A stretch of 64,000 bases of DNA from Candidatus Omnitrophota bacterium. Lineage in GTDB: Bacteria; Omnitrophota; Gorgyraeia; Gygaellales; Profunditerraquicolaceae. The position numbers and the translations under genes were made by a program. Positions within the stretch are counted from its first letter, which is position 1. Every line of letters starts with the position of its first letter. A model generated the notes under the pieces. It was given only the letters and a program-made list of their open reading frames with translations, did not search any database and had not been told where the DNA came from. The DNA lies in NCBI GenBank assembly GCA_003598135.1, contig QZKA01000027.1, forward strand, positions 84,788 to 148,787. The letters run 5' to 3'. Of this stretch, positions 19,903 to 29,199 are shown piece by piece.

Positions 19903-21143
19903 TGATGGGCAGGGCCGTAAGATTATTCGATTCTATTCTTTTACTGTCAATCGTGATTTTGCCTTTTTCCATGGCAATCGCGAATGCGCCACTCAATATA
20001 TTCAGCGGCGTAATAGTTGCCGCCTACCTTTTAAAAAAGGTAGCCTTGAAACAGTCAATGCGCCTGGATTCAAAAGTGGCCATCCCTTTGGTTATTTTCT
20101 TTCTTATAACCTGTATTTCAATTGCAAATTCCGTTGATATAAAGGATACCTTAAAAGGCGGCATAGGCAGACTTCTGTGGTATATATCCATTCTTTTTAT
20201 TCTTGGCGAAAGCATCAGTAATGCAAAATTACTCAACAAAATATTTATTTCCGTAGTTTTTAGCCTGTGCCTGGTTTCAATAAACGGAATTTGGCAGGTA
20301 GCAGTCGGCAAAGACTTTATAAGGGGATACGAACCGATAATAAATATAGGGTTGGTGCGCGCCACCGCATCTTTTCCGGATGCCAATGTGCTGGGGACCT
20401 TCCTGAGCGCGCTTGCGCCTTTGTTATTCGGCCTGACGCTTTATTATTACGAAGGCCGGAAGAAGGCGTTGCTTGTTTTTCTTTCTTTTCTTGTAATAGT
20501 GGGGATAGTAATAACCTACTCCCGGCCTACCTTGCTGGCAACCTTTATCGTCTTTTTGTTTTTCGGAATCATAAAAAAAGACAAAAAGCTGCTTTTTATT
20601 TTGATTATCATTTTGTGTGCCGCTCCCCTACTTGCCCCCCGTTCGGTAAAAGACTGGGTCCGTTCAAACAACTATAATCCATTAAGGGTTATGTGTAATG
20701 ACGATCGGATAGCTATTTATCGCAACTCTTTTAATATGATCAAGGCGCATCCCTTCTTAGGCGTTGGTGCAAATACCTTTATGAAGAATTACAGGCACTA
20801 TAAGGAAAAACCTGAGTACCTCAACCAAGTAACCTCAGATTACTGCTATGCGCATAACAATTTTTTTCAGATGGCAGCAGAGATCGGCCTGTTTGGTTTG
20901 ACTGTTTTTATCTGGTTTTTATACAATCTATTTAAATCCCTTTTCAAGATACACGCTTGCCTTAAAGATAATTATTTAAAGATTATCTGTCTTTCCCTTA
21001 TTGCCTCATTGCTGTCTTTTTTAATAAACGGGCTTACGGAAAGCAGCTTTTATTCTTCCAGGATCGCCGTGATCTTTTGGTATTTTGCCGGCATGTGCCT
21101 GGGTCTTAAATCCTTTATTCCGAAAGATGCGATTCGATCCTAA
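19902..21143 (+). CDS. waaL: O-antigen ligase family protein
   Basis: RATASFPDAN, TYSR, HPFLGVG and AHNNFFQMAAEIG motifs. Confidence 0.85.
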   Translation: MMGRAVRLFDSILLLSIVILPFSMAIANAPLNIFSGVIVAAYLLKKVALKQSMRLDSKVAIPLVIFFLITCISIANSVDIKDTLKGGIGRLLWYISILFILGESISNAKLLNKIFISVVFSLCLVSINGIWQVAVGKDFIRGYEPIINIGLVRATASFPDANVLGTFLSALAPLLFGLTLYYYEGRKKALLVFLSFLVIVGIVITYSRPTLLATFIVFLFFGIIKKDKKLLFILIIILCAAPLLAPRSVKDWVRSNNYNPLRVMCNDDRIAIYRNSFNMIKAHPFLGVGANTFMKNYRHYKEKPEYLNQVTSDYCYAHNNFFQMAAEIGLFGLTVFIWFLYNLFKSLFKIHACLKDNYLKIICLSLIASLLSFLINGLTESSFYSSRIAVIFWYFAGMCLGLKSFIPKDAIRS

Positions 21144-22125
21144 GCAGGTAAAAAACATTCTGGTAGTGCGCAATGACCGGTTCGGAGAATTCCTTTTGAA
21201 TATTCCGGCGTTGCGCGCACTCAAAGAAACCTTCCCCAGGGCGGCTATTACTGTCGTAATAGACCCGTATGTAAAAGAACTGGCAAGAGGGATAGAATAT
21301 ATTGATGCGGTTATAGAATGGAAAAAACAGAAGCATGCGTTTATGCATAAATTAAAACTCATCAGGCTCTTGCGTAAGAAAAAAATCGAGATAGCGGTAA
21401 TTCTTAATCCTTCCAAGGAATTTAATCTAATTGCCTTCCTTGCCGGCATACGCATCAGGATAGGCTACGACCGAAAGTGGGCTTTTCTGCTTACACACAA
21501 AATGAAAGATGAAAAGTATTTGGGGCAGAAGCACGAAGTCGAATATAATTTGGACTTGGTAAAGCCAATCGGCGCAGAGACCAGAGACAGGTCCCTTAGC
21601 CTTATGACAAACGAAGATCTGGCGTGCAAGCTTTTTAAGGGAAGCGATTTAAGCGATAAAGAAATGCTTGTCGCGTTGCATCCCTTTACCAGTGACCCTT
21701 TTAAGCAGTGGCCCTATGAACGCTTTAGGGCTTTGGCCGTGCGTATTGCCCAGCAATGCAAGGTGAAGGTCGTCGTCGTAGGAGGAATTGAACACTTCCA
21801 ATACAGTCTTGAGTTATTCAGGGATGTTCCAGAAGGAATTATTAATTTGACGGGTAGGACAACACTTGAGCAGCTTTCGGTCTTGCTGACAAAATGCCTG
21901 GTGCTGATTACCGGCGACAGCGGGCCAATGCACCTTGCCTGCGCGGTCAATGCACCGGTCATAGCGATCTTTCGAAACGATGTCGTTGCCAAGTCCCCAA
22001 TACGCTGGGGTCCTTGGGGCGAAGGCAATACGGTCATACAAAAAAGCCTACTTGCTGATATTAGCGTAGAAGAGGTTTTTGCGGCTGCAGAGGCACTGAT
22101 AAATGAAAAACGTCCTCTTCATTAA
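21127..22125 (+). CDS. GT9 LPS heptosyltransferase family protein
   Basis: ILVVRNDRFGE, KQWP, NLTGRT, DSGPMHLA, WGP. Confidence 0.9.
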   Translation: MRFDPKQVKNILVVRNDRFGEFLLNIPALRALKETFPRAAITVVIDPYVKELARGIEYIDAVIEWKKQKHAFMHKLKLIRLLRKKKIEIAVILNPSKEFNLIAFLAGIRIRIGYDRKWAFLLTHKMKDEKYLGQKHEVEYNLDLVKPIGAETRDRSLSLMTNEDLACKLFKGSDLSDKEMLVALHPFTSDPFKQWPYERFRALAVRIAQQCKVKVVVVGGIEHFQYSLELFRDVPEGIINLTGRTTLEQLSVLLTKCLVLITGDSGPMHLACAVNAPVIAIFRNDVVAKSPIRWGPWGEGNTVIQKSLLADISVEEVFAAAEALINEKRPLH

Positions 22126-23173
22126 CCCTTTCGGTATAGGAGATGTGCTTTTTACTACTCCGCTCGTACATACCTTGAAGGAGAGTTTTCCGGAAAACAG
22201 GGTTGGGTATCTTGTTAATAAGCGTAGTGCTTCTGTGTTACGGGATAATCCTTACGTCGATTCAGTATTTATTTATGACAGGGATGAGTTTGAAAAGTTG
22301 CGCAGATCCTCGACTCTGGAATGGGCCAAGAAGGCATTTTTGTTGCTGCGCGCAATACAGAAAGAACACTATAACCTTGCGCTTGATTTCTCGCTAAATA
22401 CGCAATACGGTTTTTTATCCTGGCTTGCAGGGATAAAGGAAAGGGCCGGTTTCGATTATAAAAAAAGGGGAATGTTCTTAACGCGCAAGATTAGCCTGGA
22501 TGGCTTTGTTAATGCGCATATGGTGGAACAGTATGCCTCCCTTTTGCGTATGGTTGGAATAGAGCCCAGCTACAGAAAGCCTGAAGTATATTTGAACAGG
22601 CTTGCTCAAAATAAGGCCGATGCGTTGCTTAGCGGTTCAGGCATAAAAGAAGGCGATATTTTGGTAGGTTTATTACCTGGAGGTGGGCGGAGCTGGGGGA
22701 AAGATGCGCGTGTAAAGCAATGGCCTCCTGAGCGGTTTGGCCAGTTAGCAGATAAAATTATTGAAAATTATCACGCAAAGATTATAATAATGGGCGACTC
22801 TGAAGAAGAAATGCTCGCTAAGAAAGTTAAAGAGAATATACGTTATGGCGCTCTCGACTGCACAGGCAAAACGTCCGTCGTAGAATTAGCTGCCCTGATA
22901 AAGAGGACGTGTCTTCTGGTATGCAATGACGGAGGGCCTTTGCATATTGCGGTCGGGCTTGGGGTAAAAACGGTTTCTCTTTTTGGGCCGGTTGATGATG
23001 CGGTGTACGGGCCGTATCCTCCCTCAGGCATGCATATCGTAATGAAAAGCCAGATGCCCTGTCGCCCCTGTTACCGCAATTTCAGGCTTTCCCGGATATG
23101 TACGCAAGGCAGTGATTGTCTACAGGAGATAGGTGTTGAGGATGTGTTTGAGAATGTAAAGAAACTTCTATGA
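22103..23173 (+). CDS. GT9 LPS heptosyltransferase family protein (WaaF-like)
   Basis: GIGDVLF, KQWP, NDGGPLH, LFGP, CRPC...C. Confidence 0.9.
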   Translation: MKNVLFINPFGIGDVLFTTPLVHTLKESFPENRVGYLVNKRSASVLRDNPYVDSVFIYDRDEFEKLRRSSTLEWAKKAFLLLRAIQKEHYNLALDFSLNTQYGFLSWLAGIKERAGFDYKKRGMFLTRKISLDGFVNAHMVEQYASLLRMVGIEPSYRKPEVYLNRLAQNKADALLSGSGIKEGDILVGLLPGGGRSWGKDARVKQWPPERFGQLADKIIENYHAKIIIMGDSEEEMLAKKVKENIRYGALDCTGKTSVVELAALIKRTCLLVCNDGGPLHIAVGLGVKTVSLFGPVDDAVYGPYPPSGMHIVMKSQMPCRPCYRNFRLSRICTQGSDCLQEIGVEDVFENVKKLL

Positions 23174-23182
23174 GGAGGCGAA

Positions 23183-24298
23183 ATGAAGATTCAGTTTTCC
23201 AACTTGCACGTGCAGCATGCACAGATACGTAAAGAAATAAACCGCGCAATAAAGACCGTTATCGGTAAAAGCAACTTTATATTAGGCGAAGAGGTCAGGT
23301 TGTTTGAGGGGGAATTTGCCCGTTTTTGCGGGACAAAATATGCGGTGGGGGTCAGTTCTGGGACCTCGGCGCTCTTTTTGGCCCTGAAGAGCCTAGGGAT
23401 AGGGCAGGGGGATGAGGTAATTGTGCCTGCATTTACCTATATTGCCACTGCCTTTGCAGTTTCACACACAAACGCACAACCCGTATTTGTTGACGTTGAT
23501 GAGCGTACGTACAATATCGATATCGATAAACTTAAAAAAGCAATTACCAATAAGACGAAGGTCATTATACCAGTGCATCTTTACGGACAGCCGGCGCAAA
23601 TGGGCGAGATTATGAAAATTGCCAAAGCGCATAACGTAAGAGTCATTGAAGACGCAGCGCAGGCTCACGGTGCGGAAATCGAAATACCTCAAGGGGCAGG
23701 CTGGGTAAAGACCGGCAGCATCGGGGATGTCGGTTGTTTCAGTTTTTATCCTTCAAAGAATCTAGGGGCCATGGGCGACGGAGGCATGGTGGTAACTAAC
23801 GATAAAGAGATTTATCAGAAAATTGCCATGCTCAGAGACTGCGGCAGGCGCTCAAAGTATGAACACCTGGTGCTTGGCTATAATTCGCGTTTGGATACCT
23901 TACAGGCAGCTGTTTTACGCGCCAAATTAAAGAGGCTTGACGCCTGGAATAAGATGCGCCAGAAAGCAGCTGTGGTTTACAATTCGCTTTTAAAAGACTG
24001 CGATGTGATAGTGCCTCATGTCGGGCCTTCAGTAACGCATGTATATCATGTCTACGCCATAAGGACGAAAAAGCGCGACATGCTTTTTCAGGAATTCGCA
24101 AAAAAGGGAATCGGCGTGGTAATACATTACCCTGTGCCGCTCCACCTGCAGAAAGCGTATGCGCAGCTGGGGCATAGAATAGGCGACCTGCCGGTTTCGG
24201 AGAGAGTCTCGCAAGAGATCATTTCTCTACCGATGTACCCCCATCTTAAAGAAGCAGATATCAAAAAAGTCGTCAAGGTTATTAAATCTGTCCTTTAA
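23183..24298 (+). CDS. DegT/DnrJ/EryC1/StrS sugar aminotransferase
   Basis: SSGTSAL, PVHLYGQ, EDAAQAHG, SFYPSKNLG, GYNSRLD. Confidence 0.93.
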   Translation: MKIQFSNLHVQHAQIRKEINRAIKTVIGKSNFILGEEVRLFEGEFARFCGTKYAVGVSSGTSALFLALKSLGIGQGDEVIVPAFTYIATAFAVSHTNAQPVFVDVDERTYNIDIDKLKKAITNKTKVIIPVHLYGQPAQMGEIMKIAKAHNVRVIEDAAQAHGAEIEIPQGAGWVKTGSIGDVGCFSFYPSKNLGAMGDGGMVVTNDKEIYQKIAMLRDCGRRSKYEHLVLGYNSRLDTLQAAVLRAKLKRLDAWNKMRQKAAVVYNSLLKDCDVIVPHVGPSVTHVYHVYAIRTKKRDMLFQEFAKKGIGVVIHYPVPLHLQKAYAQLGHRIGDLPVSERVSQEIISLPMYPHLKEADIKKVVKVIKSVL

Positions 24299-24328
24299 AA
24301 AAATTAAATTTGAGGGGTTTGAGCCGGG

Positions 24329-24334
24329 TATAAT
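24329..24334 (+). promoter_or_regulatory. Possible sigma70 -10 box upstream of the tyv-like gene
   Basis: TATAAT in an intergenic gap followed by an AAGGAG RBS; no good -35 box. Confidence 0.35.
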
Positions 24335-24359
24335 CCATAAAAGAAGGAGAAGTGCAAAA

Positions 24360-25403
24360 ATGAAAATACTGGTTACCGGAGGAGCTGGTTTGGTGGGAAG
24401 TCATTGTGCCGAATTTTTTGCGGCATCAAACCCCAAGAACAAAGTAGTGGTTTTGGATAACTTGATGCGTTCGAAGATTTTCGGCTACGATAAAGCTTCT
24501 GTTGAGTTCAACTGGAATTATCTGAAAAAATTCAATAATATAGAACGCATCAAAGGCGATGTGCGCGATGACCGGGACGTTGCCCGGGCAATAGGAAAGG
24601 GAGTGGATGTAGTGATACACACCGCCGGCCAGCCAGGGGTCCCTTCGAGCGTGCGTATGCCAAAGGAAGATTTTAGCATCAATGCCTTCGGTACCTTAAA
24701 CGTCCTGGAAGCTGCGCGCAAGAAATCAAAGGATACCGTTGTTTTATATTGTTCGACGAATAAAGTGTATGGAGAGAATGTAGATAAAATCGCACTCGTA
24801 GAGCGCGAAAAAAGGTTTACCTTTAAGGATATACCCGGCGTAAACGAAGAGATGTGTACTGACCTGACCGGCCATACCCCATACGGCGTTTCAAAGCTTG
24901 TCGGTGACCTATATATCCAGGAATACAGCTACATTTATAAAATGAGGACGGCGGCCTTTCGCATGTCCTGTACATACGGTACGCGCCAGTTCGGCTTTGA
25001 GGACCAGGGCTGGGTAGCCTGGTTTATTATTGCTACGCTTTTTAATAAGCCGATTACGATTTACGGAAACGGCAAGCAGGTGCGCGACATGCTTTATGTT
25101 GACGATCTTGTGGATGCTTTCAACCGTTTTATCCAAAGCGATTTGAAGCACGGGCTTTTTAATATCGGAGGGGGTCCAGAGAATACCATTTCCCTGTTGG
25201 AATTCCTTGATGAGCTGGAGAGGCTGACCGGTAAGAGGCCAAAAGTCAACTTTTCAGACTGGCGGCCTTCAGACCAGAAGGTATACATTACGGATACCTC
25301 AAAATTACAAAAAGCCCTTGGTTGGAAGATAAAGACGCAAGTCAAAGATGGCATCAGGAACCTTAAGGAGTGGGTAGCTGCGAACGCAAAGTATTTTGCC
25401 TGA
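24360..25403 (+). CDS. rfbE: CDP-paratose 2-epimerase (tyvelose synthase)-like SDR
   Basis: TGGAGLVG, STNKVYG, TPYGVSK, FRMSC-YG-RQFG-EDQGWVAWF, WRPSDQ. Confidence 0.8.
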   Translation: MKILVTGGAGLVGSHCAEFFAASNPKNKVVVLDNLMRSKIFGYDKASVEFNWNYLKKFNNIERIKGDVRDDRDVARAIGKGVDVVIHTAGQPGVPSSVRMPKEDFSINAFGTLNVLEAARKKSKDTVVLYCSTNKVYGENVDKIALVEREKRFTFKDIPGVNEEMCTDLTGHTPYGVSKLVGDLYIQEYSYIYKMRTAAFRMSCTYGTRQFGFEDQGWVAWFIIATLFNKPITIYGNGKQVRDMLYVDDLVDAFNRFIQSDLKHGLFNIGGGPENTISLLEFLDELERLTGKRPKVNFSDWRPSDQKVYITDTSKLQKALGWKIKTQVKDGIRNLKEWVAANAKYFA

Positions 25404-25425
25404 TTAAAACGTAAGGAATTACAAG

Positions 25426-26007
25426 ATGCCGGCTGCGAAAGAAAAAACAATACGAGCGGTTTTTCTGGACCGCGATGGAGTAATAAATGAATACCCCGGC
25501 GATTACGACTATGTGAAATCGCGGCAGGAATTCCGTTTCCTTCCAGGGGTTTTTGACGCGTTAGGGCTTTTCTGTGCAAACGGATTTAAAATTTTTATTA
25601 TTTCCAACCAGGCTGGCGTTTCAAAAGGCCTCTATTCACAGGAAGATCTTGATCTGATAACTAGAAATATGCTGGATGCACTTTCAAACCGGGGTATTGT
25701 AATTGCAGGCGTGTATTACTGCACACATAGTCCTGAGGAAAATTGTGGCTGCCGAAAGCCCAAGGCCGGTATGATAGATGCGGCGCTCGAAGATTTAAGG
25801 AGGCAGGGGCTTGCTGTTGATATGAAGGCAAGCTATTGTATAGGCGATTCCCTGCGCGATATCGAATTGGGCAAGAATAAAGGCCTGCGTACCATTCTCC
25901 TTTTTTCGGGCAAGGAAAAGCCGGAGAATATGGCACAATGGGGTAGCGCTCCAGATTGTACTTTCCCCGACCTGCTCAAAGCCGCACGTTCTATAACAGA
26001 AAAATAA
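25426..26007 (+). CDS. gmhB: D,D-heptose 1,7-bisphosphate phosphatase
   Basis: FLDRDGVIN, SNQAG, CTH...CGCRKP, GDS-RD. Confidence 0.9.
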   Translation: MPAAKEKTIRAVFLDRDGVINEYPGDYDYVKSRQEFRFLPGVFDALGLFCANGFKIFIISNQAGVSKGLYSQEDLDLITRNMLDALSNRGIVIAGVYYCTHSPEENCGCRKPKAGMIDAALEDLRRQGLAVDMKASYCIGDSLRDIELGKNKGLRTILLFSGKEKPENMAQWGSAPDCTFPDLLKAARSITEK

Positions 26008-26008
26008 T

Positions 26009-27127
26009 ATGGTAAAGATTATATTCGCGCATGCCTCAGCCGGGGCAGGGCACCAGAAGGCAGCAGAGGCCCTCTATAACTACTTTGTCGGGCATCCTTG
26101 CGGTTGCCAACTGCAGCTAATAGATATACTTAACGGAGTTGACCCCTTTTATCGTTTTAGCTATTCCCGCGGTTACCCGTTCTTAATCAATCATGCGATT
26201 TTTCTCTGGCGGTTCGGATTCTGGCTTACTTCTCAGAAACGTTTTGAAGGAGCTGTACAGAACTTTACCCTACTTACTAACCGTTTCAATACTTCAAAAT
26301 TTGCCGATTTATTAATACGCCAGGACCCGGAGTATGTAGTGTCTACTCATTTCTTAACCTCTCAGGTATGCGCGGATCTTAAAAAACATAACCGTATTCA
26401 TTCAAAACTGATCACTGTGGTTACCGATTTTGACGTGCATCCTTTTTGGGTAAATGATGATACACATCGCTATGTCGTTGCTTCTGAATATACAAAGGAA
26501 CGCTTGAAAGCTCAAGGAATTGATGACGCGCAAATTTTAGTCTATGGCATACCGGTTGATCCAAAATTTCTATTAGAACACGATAAGGATGCGTTGCGTG
26601 AGAAATTCAATCTAAAAAAAGACAAGAATACCGTACTTGTGATTACCGGGTCTTTCGGGCTTGGCCCTTTGGAGGAAATTGCCGACCTTTTGTGCGAGGA
26701 AACCCAGGTGCTGGTTGTCTGCGCAAGAAACAAAAAGTTATACGCCAGGCTTACTGCAAAGGGTTACGCATCGGTTAAGGTATTCGGGTTTATAAATAAC
26801 GTGGAAGAGCTTATGTCTGTTGCCGATATAATAGTTACCAAGCCAGGAGGCATGACTATTGCTGAGATCCTTACAATGGAGCTCGTTCCTATATTTATTT
26901 CTCCCATTCCCGGCCAAGAAACAGGAAATATAAGCGCAATGGCACATTACGGGATCGGATCTATTGCCGAGCGCACGCATGATGTCCTACAGATTATCAG
27001 GGAGTATAAAAATAAGCCTGATAAGTTGCGGTCCGCAAAGGAACGCATTCAGAAGATAAAAAAACCTTTCGCAGCGATGGAGTTGTATAATGAAATATGT
27101 AAAGGTTGTGGTAGGGCTTGCGGTTGA
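26009..27127 (+). CDS. MGDG synthase/UgtP-like GT28 glycosyltransferase
   Basis: SAGAGH, STHF, VTDFDVH--W, GIPV, TKPGG, PGQE--N. Confidence 0.88.
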   Translation: MVKIIFAHASAGAGHQKAAEALYNYFVGHPCGCQLQLIDILNGVDPFYRFSYSRGYPFLINHAIFLWRFGFWLTSQKRFEGAVQNFTLLTNRFNTSKFADLLIRQDPEYVVSTHFLTSQVCADLKKHNRIHSKLITVVTDFDVHPFWVNDDTHRYVVASEYTKERLKAQGIDDAQILVYGIPVDPKFLLEHDKDALREKFNLKKDKNTVLVITGSFGLGPLEEIADLLCEETQVLVVCARNKKLYARLTAKGYASVKVFGFINNVEELMSVADIIVTKPGGMTIAEILTMELVPIFISPIPGQETGNISAMAHYGIGSIAERTHDVLQIIREYKNKPDKLRSAKERIQKIKKPFAAMELYNEICKGCGRACG

Positions 27128-28928
27128 AGGCCCTTTTGATTACCATCTCTGCGAAAAGCCTAATTTCCCTCTTAGGGCAGGAATAAGGCTTAAAGTACAC
27201 TTCCGGAATAAAGTAATGACCGCCTACGCGGTTGGCTTTTCGCAACATTCCGATATTCAGCAGACAAAACCCGTACTCAAGCTTATCGACCAACTTCCAG
27301 TGTTAGACAGCTCAATGCTGGCGTTGACGCAAGGCCTGGCGCGTTATTTTGCCTGCTCCCGGGGTGAAGCAATTGAAACGGCGCTGCCTGAGTCTTTAAG
27401 AAAAGGAAGGCCTGTGAATTTGCATACATGCGCCCAGGCATCAAGGCGCAGTTCTTCAAAAGTTACACTCGTGCATGCAGCTGAGCGAGAAGCCCGTTGG
27501 GAGGTATACCTTGCCGCTATCAAGGAAACTTTAACTGCTGGCCAATCGGTAATAGTGTTAGTGCCTGATGTGCAGGCTGCTATTGAGGCACAAAAACGCA
27601 TAGGGTCAGAACTTGCGCTTGAGCCAGTCATTGCATACCGCAAAGAGCCCCAAGAGTTCACGCAGTGGATAAAGATACACGAAGGAACAGTAAAGGTCGT
27701 GATAGGGGCGCGTTCGGTCATTTTTTCACCCGTGCCTGACCTTGGCCTGATCATTATTGACGAAGAACAGGATTCTGTCTATAAGCAAGAACAGGTTCCG
27801 CATTATCATGCGCGTGAAGTTGCGTGGATGCGTGCCAAGATTCAAAAGGCCGACCTTTTGATGGGAAGTGCTTCACCTTCGCTTGAAATGATGCATCTTA
27901 AAGATAAAAATGTGATTGCATATACCTATATTCCGCGCAAAGATGCCTACCCTCAGGTCAACGTAATAGATGCCAAGCATTTTGTAACCCACAGGAAAAA
28001 ATTCGGGTCGGTTATCTCAAAATATGTTGAGGAATCAATCGCAGAGGAGCTTGCTTCCGGCGGGAAAGTGCTTATTTTCCTGAACAGAAAAGGATACGCA
28101 ACTTTTGCCTATTGCCACAAATGCGCAACAGTGGCGAAATGCCCGAGGTGCAATATCAACCTGGCCTATTATTACAAGGATAACTCGCTTGTATGCAACT
28201 ATTGTAATTTTAAGTTAATGCCTGCGCCGAGGATTTGCCCTCATTGCAATGAAGGGTATATGCGGTATTCCGGGATGGGTACTGAGCGAATGGAAAGCGA
28301 ACTTTCCCGGCTTTTTCCCCAGGCCCGGATAAGACGGCTGGACGAAGAGGCCCAAGAGCGCGATGCGGATATCTATATCGCTACCCAGTCAGTAGTCAAA
28401 TACCGGGAATTGCGTTTTGACTTGGTGGTAGTTGCTGCTATTGATAATTCCCTGAACCGTTTTGATTTTCGCGCAAGCGAAAAGACATTCAGTCTTTTAA
28501 CCGGCCTGTCTTCCCTGGCAAAGAAAAGGATGCTGATTCTTACCCGCATGCCCCATCATTACTGTATCAGGTCATTGGCAGAAGGAAATCACGAACTATT
28601 TTATAAAGAGGAGTTGCGTTTCAGGAAACAGCTTGGTATGCCGCCTTTTAAGCATTTTGTAACGGCCAAATTGAGGGGAAGGGATGAGGTGAGGGTGCAG
28701 GAAGCAGCAGAGAGGCTTTTTGATGAGCTCAAAAAAAACACCCTTTCCAGAGTCGTAAAAGTACTTTCGGTATCTCCCTGTGAACGAAAAAAATTACGAG
28801 GGAATTTTTACTGGCAGGTGCTCTTAAGTTCCAAGCGCGTACCCGCGCTCGTCGAATTTTTGAAATCACGCTTAAAAAAAATGTCATTTTCAGGTATAAT
28901 TGTAACTGTTGATGTGGATCCATTGTAG
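27090..28928 (+). CDS. priA: Primosomal protein N' (PriA) with degenerate helicase motifs
   Basis: N-terminal FDY...V-F domain, GARS, DEEQ, YKQE--P-YHAR, LNRKGY, four CxxC pairs, GTERME, DVDP C-terminus. Confidence 0.92.
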   Translation: MKYVKVVVGLAVEGPFDYHLCEKPNFPLRAGIRLKVHFRNKVMTAYAVGFSQHSDIQQTKPVLKLIDQLPVLDSSMLALTQGLARYFACSRGEAIETALPESLRKGRPVNLHTCAQASRRSSSKVTLVHAAEREARWEVYLAAIKETLTAGQSVIVLVPDVQAAIEAQKRIGSELALEPVIAYRKEPQEFTQWIKIHEGTVKVVIGARSVIFSPVPDLGLIIIDEEQDSVYKQEQVPHYHAREVAWMRAKIQKADLLMGSASPSLEMMHLKDKNVIAYTYIPRKDAYPQVNVIDAKHFVTHRKKFGSVISKYVEESIAEELASGGKVLIFLNRKGYATFAYCHKCATVAKCPRCNINLAYYYKDNSLVCNYCNFKLMPAPRICPHCNEGYMRYSGMGTERMESELSRLFPQARIRRLDEEAQERDADIYIATQSVVKYRELRFDLVVVAAIDNSLNRFDFRASEKTFSLLTGLSSLAKKRMLILTRMPHHYCIRSLAEGNHELFYKEELRFRKQLGMPPFKHFVTAKLRGRDEVRVQEAAERLFDELKKNTLSRVVKVLSVSPCERKKLRGNFYWQVLLSSKRVPALVEFLKSRLKKMSFSGIIVTVDVDPL

Positions 28929-28930
28929 TC

Positions 28931-29185
28931 TAAACATAAATATCAAATGCACAAAATCCCTGCCTACCCTGCCTACCCTGACTGCCCTGACTGCCGTCAG
29001 GCAGGCGTCAGGCAGGCGTCAGGCAGGCAAATCACAAATAAGCACCAAATCCCAATGACCGAATCATCAAAACAGGCACGTTTTGGTTATTGGACCTTTG
29101 GGTATTTGAATTTATTTGGTATTCGGAATTTGTGATTTGGTATTTATTTGTCATTGGCGCTTTGGTATTTGTTATTGAATTATTG
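28931..29185. repeat. Intergenic hairpin element of 7-bp periodic repeats (CAAATNN arm and TTTGGNA arm), copy 1
   Basis: A-rich then T-rich periodic arms; apex CAAAAC-aggcac-GTTTTG (29068-29085); 29028-29073 matches 57075-57120 at 40/46 nt. Confidence 0.85.
28959..29027. mobile_element. Nested array of a 20-bp REP/MITE-like palindrome
   Basis: CCTGCCTAC x2, CCTGACTGC x2, then CGTCAGGCAGG x3; a unit-length element is present at 57055-57074. Confidence 0.75.
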
Positions 29186-29199
29186 AACGAGGTTATTAG

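Noticed and set aside
28947-29135. 62-aa ORF MHKIPAYPAYPDCPDCRQAG...
   Set aside because: It is the translation of the palindrome/heptamer repeat element and has no RBS.
28931-29185. CRISPR array interpretation of the repeats
   Set aside because: No constant 23-47 nt repeats with unique spacers and no cas genes.
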